Assembly: GCF_006345805.1 (NCBI RefSeq)
Contig: NC_043004.1
Location: 11,098,001-11,162,000 of the forward strand
Source: Octopus sinensis
Lineage: Eukaryota
Reading direction: 5' to 3'
Length of the DNA stretch: 64,000 nt
Positions 54,201 through 64,000 of the stretch are shown here, one piece after another. The notes under the pieces were generated by a model, which was given only the letters and a program-made list of their open reading frames with translations, had not been told where the DNA came from and made no database searches. The first letter of the stretch is position 1. Each line of letters starts with the position of its first letter. Position numbers and translations under genes: made by a program.

Positions 54201-54683
54201 TGGCAGTGCTATAGGAATGCTCTACCTGTTCGCGATAAGTTATATAGGCATGGAATGTCAGTGCCACCGACATGTCCAAGATGTGGGTTGGACGATGAAA
54301 CCGTCCAGCACGCTTTTGTACATTGTCAGGAGCTGTCAGGCTTAATAAGTTACGTAGAACACGTGTTGTCGCATCTGGGACGAGTACAGCTATCGGCTGG
54401 TTCTATAATAAAGATGATACCGCCAGCTGGACTCTCAAAGGAAGGTGAGGCTTGTTTTCACTGTACGGTGACAGTACTGAAAGAGTGTGTGTGGAGAACT
54501 AGATTGGAAGGTTTGGTGTCAGGAACCTTTGTCTCTGGATATGGTATGTTAAAATACTTCAGATACCATCTAAAGAGCAAGATGGATTTAGAGAAGAGGA
54601 ACCTGACACAGAAAAAGTATGTGAATCGATGGAAGGATGTGATAAAAAAGGTGGGTGTGAGTAACCCTGCTTGGTCATCATGA
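51286..54683 (+). CDS. ORF2: APE endonuclease + reverse transcriptase + C-terminal Cys/His domain, about 1132 aa after repairing one frameshift
   Basis: APE motifs INVRG, VTESK, VYAPN, LVGDFN, YIDRVF, TDHKLV. RT motifs KSPGLDG, YRPITLLN, DQSKAFDRVDH, RQGCPLS[P]LLY, AYADD (YADD at 53325-53336). C-terminal CPRCGLDDETVQHAFVHC. ORFs 51286-53280 and 53214-54683 join by adding one C at 53225-53227. Confidence 0.93.
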
Positions 54684-54938
54684 AGGGAGAAAATAGTCTC
54701 TGGGCTCTTAGGCTGTCGGGTAAGAATCCTGACTGTGATATACCTAGCTGGCCAAAATCATTTTTAATTTTAAAAAAAAAGGAGAAAAGTAAAGTCTAGT
54801 ATCATAATCAATAATCAACATATGTAAATATCAAACGAACAACGTAAACTTTTTGTAATTATGTTTTGTATTGTAATGTACTATCTCTGTAAGATTTTTA
54901 TAATCATAATAAAGATTTAGGAAGCGACACCTACTGGT

Positions 54939-54998
54939 TTGGCTACGCTGCATTGAAAAGGGGCAATACCCCGAAACGCGTCTGTAGCTGCCGGCCAA
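54939..54998 (+). ncRNA. Type I hammerhead motif directly downstream of the LINE (intact)
   Basis: Identical to 48849-48908; starts 2 nt after the 3' TSD; predicted cut after 54982. Confidence 0.8.
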
Positions 54999-55301
54999 GT
55001 AGTGTGGAGCGACTGACCTCCCTTGTTCAAAGGTTATATGGATACAGATTGTGTATCAAATAGCTAACTTAAGGCGATGGCCTCATGGAGCTAATAAGCG
55101 GTCAGCTTTTTTCTTATTTTTATAAGAATGCCATATTAGTATGGCGATAACTAATATTTTCCGGGAACGCTGCCGTTGTTCTCTTTTAGAGAGACTTAGT
55201 AATTTTAATATTTCTATTATTGAAAACAAGTGGATGTATTCCACCGAAGCTAGGTAAATAAAACCTTTGAACAGAGATTGTCGGAAGCGACACCTACTGG
55301 T

Positions 55302-55361
55302 TTGGCTACGCTGCATTGAAAAGGGGCAATACCCCGAAACGCGTCTGTAGCTGCCGGCCAA
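55302..55361 (+). ncRNA. Type I hammerhead motif, array copy (intact)
   Basis: Identical to 48849-48908. Confidence 0.78.
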
Positions 55362-55663
55362 GTAGTGTGGAGCGACTGACCTCCCTTGTTCAAAGGTTAT
55401 ATGGATACAGATTGTGTATCAAATAGCTAACTTAAGGCGATGGCCTCATGGAGCTATAAGCGGTCAGCTTTTTTCTTATTTTTATAAGAATGCCATATTA
55501 GTATGGCGATAACTAATATTTTCCGGGAACGCTGCCGTTGTTCTCTTTTAGAGAGACTTAGTAATTTTAATATTTCTATTATTGAAAACAAGTGGATGTA
55601 TTCCACCGAAGCTAGGTAAATAAAACCTTTGAACAGAGATTGTCGGAAGCGACACCTACTGGT

Positions 55664-55722
55664 TTGGCTACGCTGCATTGAAAAGGGGCAATACCCCGAA
55701 CGCGTCTGTAGCTGCCGGCCAA
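55664..55722 (+). ncRNA. Type I hammerhead motif, array copy lacking one A of GAAA
   Basis: Reads CCCCGAACGCGTC. Confidence 0.6.
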
Positions 55723-55948
55723 GTAGTGTGGAGCGACTGACCTCCCTTGTTCAAAGGTTATATGGATACAGATTGTGTATCAAATAGCTAACTTAAGGCG
55801 ATGGCCTCATGGAGCTAATAAGCGGTCAGCTTTTTTCTTATTTTTATAAGAATGCCATATTAGTATGGCGATAACTAATATTTTCCGGGAACGCTGCCGT
55901 TGTTCTCTTTTAGAGAGACTTAGTAATTTTAATATTTCTATTATATAT

Positions 55949-56034
<86 letters not shown>

Positions 56035-56248
56035 AGTGTTGTGTTAAATTATAATAGAAACAAATTTACATTAATCTAAAAGGTAACGCCATAATTTTTA
56101 GAATACAAATTTATATTTTTTTCATACTTGAAGAGGAATAGCATTGGAACGTTTTTCGAACATTTAGCCGAGTAAATCACTGTCAGATGATTGCTTTACT
56201 GACAGATACTTCGAAGTTCCTAACACTATTCACGCTAAAAATAATTTT

Positions 56249-56298
<50 letters not shown>

Positions 56299-56435
56299 CA
56301 TACATATATATCATAATAATAATAAAGTGACAATATATACACATATATGCATATATATATGTAAATACATATATATTACATACATATATGGATATGTATA
56401 TATACATACATATATATACATATATATATGTGTGT

Positions 56436-56476
<41 letters not shown>

Positions 56477-56846
56477 ATATGCGTATATATATTAATGCAT
56501 TCGTGTAGTATATGTTTGCTACTGGCATATAACAATGTTTCAATGTTACCGTTGGCTTCATTCTACAACTGCACTTGGTAAAGACCAGTGGTAACAAGGA
56601 GTTATGTACCAGTGAATTAACAGCTTATGTATATATGTATGTGTATACTATATATATATATATATATCACTTCAGCCTCTATCTGGCATATAGAGGTGCT
56701 TACACTTATCAAGTATTTACCCTAAATTTACAGTACCTACTTGATCTACGTTGTCAGACCATCAGATGTTGTTACACATCGCTGGTCACAATGCGCGATC
56801 CTCCGACCGCGAGTCCGCTGCCCTAACCACTGGGCCATTGCGCCTC

Positions 56847-56882
<36 letters not shown>

Positions 56883-57006
56883 CAGGGAGAAAGAGAGAAC
56901 GAGAGAGCTATATATACACATATCTTTATTTATTTTCAGAATCTTCAAACCACAAGTTTGTTTACAACTGTTGCTGTTGCATATTTATTTTATATGAATA
57001 CAGAAA

Positions 57007-57048
<42 letters not shown>

Positions 57049-57544
57049 TGTGTGTGCGTGCGTGTGTGTGTGTGTGTGTGTGTGTGTAGATTCGTGCATG
57101 CTGTTGATGATTCACCAGTAGATTACACAAACACATGTAAATTCGTATGGGATATTACAGAGGCCTTTCATCTCTCTCTCTCTCAGACTTTCTATCTTTG
57201 GTTCTTTCCTTACTGGTTTATTTTTTCTGGTTTTTTTTTCTCCTTCCGCATTTTTTTCCCTTTCGTACTTTCCTTGTTTTCTACCTTTCTTTGTTATTCC
57301 TCCACCTTCCTTTATTCTTCCTCCATTCATTACTTCTTCGTTTTCCCCCTCATGGACCCTATACCTGGCTGCCTTTCCTTCCTTTCCGTATAAACATATT
57401 TTGTCTATTTATGTCTGGAACTTGCCGCCTTCCTTTATATTTCACATATTTCGCTTGGTATTGCTTTCTCTATTTCCCTATTTCTTTTGTTGAATTCTTC
57501 CTTAATGACCCTTTCATTCATTTTTATGGTCATTTTCATTCCTG

Positions 57545-58120
57545 GATTAAGCGTAGACCAAGGAGGAGCGCTTGGCAACCCGAAGGCCTTCAAGAACTCA
57601 CAATCCTCGCCAGACGGGCAATGCGGCCGCTGGTAGTTCCACTCTAGCGTTGTATAGAGGGTTGGTCGAGGAAAAATGCAGCGACGACCTCGGGGAAACT
57701 CTGCGCGTCGACGAACATCAACTGACCGGATTGTTCCGGAGGACTTTCTGGCCGGTGGCCTATGGATAACTTCCAGAAACTGTCAGTGCTACTGTGGGGC
57801 GCTGTCCGTTCAAGATAAACTTTACAGACACGGAAAAGCCGTTCGCCGAGCCTGCCCGAGGTGCGCGCAGAGTAACGAAACCATCCTGCACGATTTCGTC
57901 CAGGGACCGAGTGTTGCTGATCTGTTGGTTTATGTCGAACACCTAGTGTCATGTGTAGGACGGATCCGGCTCTCATTTGAATTCATAGTGAAGATTGTTC
58001 CACCGCCCTCTTTTGGCCGGGAAGAGCTGGCAATTTATATTTGTGTAGTGGCTGCAGCAGAAGAGGTCGTGTTTGTGGACATGTTTCAGAGGGCTAAAGA
58101 CAGACACTTTGGTCTTTAGA
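57545..58120 (+). mobile_element. Decayed 3' fragment of a related Tx1-like ORF2
   Basis: LYRGLVEEKCSDDLGETLRVDEHQLTGLFRRTF and VQDKLYRHG...CPRC...ETILHDFV align by eye to FYRRMVEAKNDDVLRGALGFDEDQLSDLFKKTF and VRDKLYRHG...CPRC...ETVQHAFV of the full-length element. Confidence 0.85.
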
Positions 58121-58342
58121 AGCTTTTCTAAGACGTCGAGCTGGCAGAATCGTTTGCGCCCCGGGCGAAATGCACAGCAATATTTCGTCTGACGCTACAT
58201 TCTGAATTCAAATTCCACCGGGGTCGACTTTATTTTTCATCGTTTCAGAGTGGATAACATAAGTACCAGTTACGCACAGGGTTGATGTAATCAACTTAAT
58301 CTTTTCGCCCGAATTTGAGGCCCTGGGCTTCCAGTAGAAAGG

Positions 58343-58409
<67 letters not shown>

Positions 58410-58632
58410 TATTATTATATTATTATTATTATTATTATTCAGGCGGCGAGCTGGCAGAATCGTCATCCCACCGGCCGCTTATGGTATTTCATTTCATTTT
58501 ACATTATGAGTTCTAATTCTACCTACGTCGACTTTGCCACTCATCCTTTCGGGATCGATGGATTAAGTAGTAGTGAAACACAGGGGTGGATGTAATCGAT
58601 TAGTTTCAGACCTTGTGCGTATAACAGAATGG

Positions 58633-58683
<51 letters not shown>

Positions 58684-59826
58684 GTTATTAGTAGTAGTAG
58701 TAGTAGTATTGTATATATTTACCTTCTATCAAGCTTTATTATAATTCTGCAATTTTCGCTTTCTCATTTTAAAAATTTCTTTCAGTTGGTTTCTGCTCGT
58801 TCATTCTTATCATTCTTTTCTTCGTTCTTTCTTTCTATAATTCCCATTTTGTCTCATTTTCCCTCAATTTCCATATTTTATTATTTATTATGTCTCATTT
58901 GTGTTACATATATTTTATTTCCATTTTTTTTTCTTTCCTTCTTTGAAACTATTTTGTTTTCTTTTTCCCTTTTTCTCTCCTTTCATGTTTTCCCCGTGAT
59001 CACTTCTTCATGTGCTTCATTCATTACACTTAAATCCAAGAGCAACCAAAAATATGATAAAAAAAAAAGCAAAACAAAATAACGGAATGAAAAATGTAAC
59101 AAAATATGGTGCTCCAGTATGGCCACTTCATAATCATTAAAATAAGTAAGATAATAAAATAATAAGCCAGACGGCCAACAAGAAGTTTGGAAGAAAAAAT
59201 GAGAGAAAGAATTGTTAGAAATACCGAAAAGAGAAAGTTAAAAGAAACAATCATTAAAGAACAATGGTATTTTTTCTGTTTTATTCTTTAGATTTCTCTC
59301 ATTATTCATTTTCTTCCAATTTATAATTGATCCCTTTTTTTACACTTTAACTCTTCCCAACTGCTTCCATCTCCATATTTTGATTTTCATTCATTACTTC
59401 GTTCTTTTCTCTCTGTTTTTTTCTACCATTCTTCTTTTTTCCTTTCTTTGATTATCTTATTCTTTTATTCCTTTGATAATTTCGGTATTTCTACTTTCAT
59501 ATATTTCTTCTTGCTTTGTGGCAATTTTCCTTTAATGTTTGTTTACCAATTTTCAGTATTTTTTCTCATCGCTTTCTTCTCCTTCTCTTTTTTCTCTTTT
59601 TCTTTCTTTATTTCTTTCATATCGTATTTTTTCCTTCCACATCAGTATCCTTAAAAATTATGTCGTTTCTGCAACATAATAATTCCCCACTTCTCTCTAA
59701 AGACACACCCCTACTCCCTTATGTATTTTACACCTATTCTCCCAAACATATTTTCATCTTCTAGCCGTTATTCACATCTCCCGCTTTACTCATGTCTTCC
59801 ATCATTCCTTCCTTGCATGTCACACA

Positions 59827-59859
<33 letters not shown>

Positions 59860-60072
59860 TGCACACACACGCACGCACGTACACGCGAACACACATGCAC
59901 ACACATACACACGCACGAACACACAAAGGCACACACCATCACTTATTCATCTCTCTTTCTCTGTCTCTCTTATTCCCCTTTCTTCAAATCTCTCCCTCTT
60001 TCTTTCTTTCTTTCATTCTCTTAATCTCACTTGCCTGTCTTCTCCCTCTCTCTCTCTCCCTCTCTGTATATG

Positions 60073-60111
<39 letters not shown>

Positions 60112-60497
60112 TGGCAATAGGACTAATAGTTTCTGTTAGTCAGTATTTGATTCTGTTGGAACTCTTCCACTAATCTTTGAAGTGAAGTGTAAGATAACGA
60201 ATAACGGAGATAAAGAGCGTATTAGCAACATGACAAAATCTACAACTTACCTTTTCAAGACTTCATTGCCAAAAATTAACAACGGTTGATATACAGTATC
60301 GAGAACACACCCACATACTAACACATCATGTGACATCACTCAATTATCCAACATAATTTCTTTCATTCTTCACTTTATAATTGAACAACAACGACACAGA
60401 TAGCAATATTGTTGCATTTTGTCATTCTTGTTGTATTTGTTGTGTTGTTGTTGATATTATTATTATTATCATTATTATTATTATTATTATTATTATG

Positions 60498-60542
<45 letters not shown>

Positions 60543-60863
60543 GTTGTTGTTGTTGTTGTTGCTGTGAAACGGGTAGAATATACGAAGCCCAGTATAGCCA
60601 TCATGACTACCTGTCTAATGAGTGTACACTAGACACATGCATCACAACCATATGTGTGCAACATGGTGATTTCATATCAAAATAAACAGCACATGACCTT
60701 GCAGGTGGGGCCCAGTTAGAATTTTCTTCTGGTCGAGTAACCCATCCTGCTCAAAAGGTCCCTGAATAAGGGTTATTTCAGGATGTTGAACAAACACACG
60801 TTTCCATGTTATTATTATTATTATCATTATCGTTATTATTATTATTATTATTACTATTATTAT

Positions 60864-60903
<40 letters not shown>

Positions 60904-60996
60904 TAATAATAATAATAATAATAATTATTATTATTATTATTATTATATTATTATTATTATTATTATCTTTAATTTTATTCTTTTATTCCTTTGTGT

Positions 60997-61400
60997 CAGT
61001 CATTTGACTGCGGCCATGCTGCAGCACCGGCTTGAAGGGTCTTCGTTGAACCAGTCGACCTCCGGACTTAATGTTTTCAACCGTAGTACTTATTCTATCG
61101 CTCCCTTAGGCCGAACCGCTAGGTTACGGGAACGTAAACACGACAACACCGGTGGTCAAGCGGTGAGGGGAGAACAAGCACAGACATAAAGTCACACACA
61201 TAGATATGCGCGCGCGTGCACACACACATACATATATATACGTATACGACGGGCTTCTTTCAGTTTTCCCCAACCAAATCCACTTTGGCCGGCCCGAGGC
61301 TATATTAGAAGACACTTACCCAAGGTGTCACGCAGTGAGACTGAACCCGGAACCATGTGGTTGGGAAGCAAGCTTCTTACCACACATCCACGCATGCGCC
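60997..61400 (-). mobile_element. SINE family B copy
   Basis: Same head, CORE-like and tail blocks as 5890-6298. Confidence 0.75.
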
Positions 61401-64000
61401 TATGCAGTTATATGTAATTTTTGCGATACGGTTGGGTATTTGGCCGATGAATGTCCTAGCATGTCAAAACCGTTATTTTCTTGGCAGATTTAGCGAGAAG
61501 AAACAACGAAATTGTTTCGGAAAATATTGTACTTAACGTCACATGTGGACACTCTTCGACTGGACCAACAGTACGGAAGCAAAATGTGTACCGTCGTACA
61601 GGCTTGTTTTATTTCTTAGCTTCTTTACTGTCATTCTTTCATGCTTATATCATTTTCTTATGTATATATTCTGATTTGCTATGTAGAATTTCCAGCCTTA
61701 CAAACACTAGTAAATAACACAGGAAAAATATACAGCTTAAAGAAAAAGAAGAAAACACAGTGATGTGGACGAATAATTATAAGAATAATTATAATGATAC
61801 AAGAAATATTTTGATGATAGTATTAATAAGAATAAGAAGGAGAAAAGATAAGATAGTCAATTAAGAGTACTGAAACAACAGATGAGAGATGTAAATGAAG
61901 AATATTTAATATATATAATCTCTCATAATAATATCAGTAAGAGGAAAATCGAGTTATCAGACGTGAGAAAAGAAGAAGAAGAAATGATTTGCACAAGGGA
62001 TGTTGATGGTGCTTATGGTGCGAAAGAGGAGTAGGGTGGTGGAGTTATTGATGGTGATGATGATAAAATAGAGATGGTGTGATAATGGGGATGATGGCGA
62101 TGATGAGGATGGTGGTGATGATATTTTCTATCATAATGCTGATAATGGTAATTTTGTAGATACCACTCATAATGTTGTGACGACTCTGTTGATGGTGAAG
62201 GTGATGGTGATACTGATGATGATGAAGATCTATTTTAAAATAATGAAATCTGCTAATTAATTTGTTTGGAGTATCTAATGTTTTCTAATAATTATTACAG
62301 TTTACATTGTCTAAAAATTTATAATTTCCAGTTTTGATATGTTTGTATCACAATGTGCTTTTGACATTTCTTTTTTTTTTTCTATCAAAGATTTATTTCA
62401 TATTCATGATTCAATCACAAAACTAATTTTATTTACAGCAAGGTAATCAGCCTATGCTGCGAGCTAACGTTTCTTAAAGACTCTGTTTACTTTTCTTCTA
62501 GAAATAAAAAGCTAGCTCAAATATTTGCAACGCCACAATCTGCAGTTTTGAAATTAAAAATGTATCCATCGTCAGGCAAATTATATCACTTCCAGTGTCC
62601 CTTCATATTTCTCAGGTATTTTTGAAGAAATATAACTTGAATAAGAAACGTGGCTGTAATTCACATAATTTCTACCAAATATAAATTTCTTTCAAATAAA
62701 GTATTTGATTTCAGTGCACAACACTGTTCAAAGATAACTACTGTAGGAAATTATTACAGTACATGATAAAGACTGTAGAATGACATCTGTTATATATTTC
62801 CGATAGTCAATTACTCTTCTGAGACTATGGCTGAAGCGGTAAGACCGAAAATGGCTTGAAAGTCATATCATGCCGGCGGGAAATAACATTACTACATGAG
62901 ACAAGCTGACACTGAATCAGCTTCGCTGACTGACAAGTGACGGTCGTTTAGAGAATGCGCGGGCTAAAATTACGCGCCTTCACTAGTCAGTTAAGGTGAG
63001 ACAGTGCCACGTGACAACTTGCTGGGGTTGCCTGCTGGAGTCTGAGGGCAGGTTTTTAAAGGGAAAAATTTGACAAGTCAGTCAGTCACTGGCTGACACT
63101 CGCTGACGATACACCGAAGAGGCCAGGGAACAGAAGAAAGAAGAAAGAAGACATGCACCCAACACCAGAGCTGAAGACACATCCGAAAGGGGGGGGGGGG
63201 CGCCACGTCAAAACGATAGAGGAGTAGGGGCCGAAACCGGACGTGGTTCCTCCTGATGATGTCTTGAGCTAACTGGATCGTATAAAGGAGCTGTTGTGGT
63301 AGCAGACCACGAAACACGGTTGTAATTCCTCCGTGTTATCAAAAGTTCATATGAGCAAGGAGATAGAAATATTCATTTTCTATCTCTGTGCATCTTTTAT
63401 TATGTATTTATGTTTACACCTGTCTGCTTTCCAGATGTGTGGCGGAAAGTACAAAACCTAATCGCTTCAAGTTCAGGAAGGATGGTTATTTAAATTCCAT
63501 ATTCTTTAAAAGATAAAATGAAATAAAATGAATTGAAATAAAAGAAGAAATGTAAGACATCTTGGCAACTTGGTGTAGAGACCAACACCTATGTCATCAC
63601 TATGTGTGTGTTGATCATGATCCTTAATCCATTGTATTAACGCATCTGACTAAGAAAAGGAAAAGGGGTTCCAAATCCACATCTACATTATTCTCTTAGA
63701 AAAACCTATAACATCCGATATATTTTCTTTTCTAGAATGGTCCGCTTTACCACATCTCTTTTTAATTTCTAGATTTTCTTCCGGTATGACGAGATTATAG
63801 ATGCTGCTTCTTTTAAAGTCGGTTTTCTACTGGTTTTACCGGTGATATTCCATTAGGTTTGCTGTTGTTGCTATTATTATTACAATTGCACTTTGTTGCT
63901 GTATTTGCTGTTACTTTTATAATCATTTTACAAATCTTTCAACTGAAAAACTTTCAAATCGCTTCAAATATTACCTACACCCACAACCAGCCTGATATCA

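Larger units (their letters stand above)
49570..54919 (+). mobile_element. Full-length non-LTR retrotransposon, L1 group / Tx1-like, 5350 bp, flanked by a 17-bp TSD
   Basis: GGAAGCGACACCTACTG occurs at 49553-49569 and 54920-54936; removing the insert and one copy restores the normal array unit. Layout: 5'UTR 49570-49785, ORF1, 24-nt spacer, ORF2, 3'UTR 54684-54919 with AATAAA at 54908-54913 and no poly(A). Confidence 0.95.
47770..55943. repeat. Tandem array of a 362/363-bp ribozyme-bearing unit (Penelope-LTR-like / retrozyme-like), internally inverted and interrupted by the LINE
   Basis: Unit start TTAGTTATCGCC recurs at 47770, 48131 and 48493. Orientation flips at about 48600. Reverse units run 48601-49569 and 54920-55943 (period 363, e.g. 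54939 to 55302). Both outer ends abut (TA)n. Copies appear to differ only by single-base indels. Confidence 0.97.

Noticed and set aside
48286-55678. Repeated 74-92 aa ORF MAGSYRRVSGYCPF... in each array unit
   Set aside because: Alternative start codon, lies antisense to the ribozyme strand, no recognisable domain; it recurs only because the unit does.
47770-55943. Array as CRISPR, 5S rRNA, snRNA, histone or tRNA cluster
   Set aside because: Units are identical over their whole length (no spacers) and I find no 5S, U-snRNA, tRNA or histone signature.
63230-63300. GAAAC...CTGATGA as a type II hammerhead
   Set aside because: Only 4 nt separate the putative cleavage triplet from CUGAUGA, so helix I cannot form, and no stem II partner was found.

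Overview
AT-rich, microsatellite-saturated animal genomic DNA. The tRNA-derived SINE families and (TA)n/(CA)n/(TAA)n texture look like octopus or another coleoid cephalopod (inference). No host protein-coding gene can be called: almost all listed ORFs are translations of microsatellites. The standout locus is 47770-55943, a near-identical tandem array of a 362/363-bp unit. Each complete unit carries a minimal type I hammerhead ribozyme (HHR) motif with a U3-A8 covariant core and a palindromic helix III, as seen in Penelope-like LTRs and metazoan retrozymes. The array flips orientation at about 48600. A full-length 5350-bp Tx1/L1-clade retrotransposon (ORF1 with CCHC knuckle; ORF2 APE-RT-zinc finger) interrupts it with a 17-bp target-site duplication, has no poly(A) tail, and sits co-oriented with and immediately upstream of a ribozyme. 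Also present: other HHR-bearing Penelope-derived inverted repeats, a decayed Penelope RT/GIY-YIG element, relics of R4/Dong, CR1-like, Tx1 and Tc1/mariner elements, many SINEs, fold-back elements and small local duplications.
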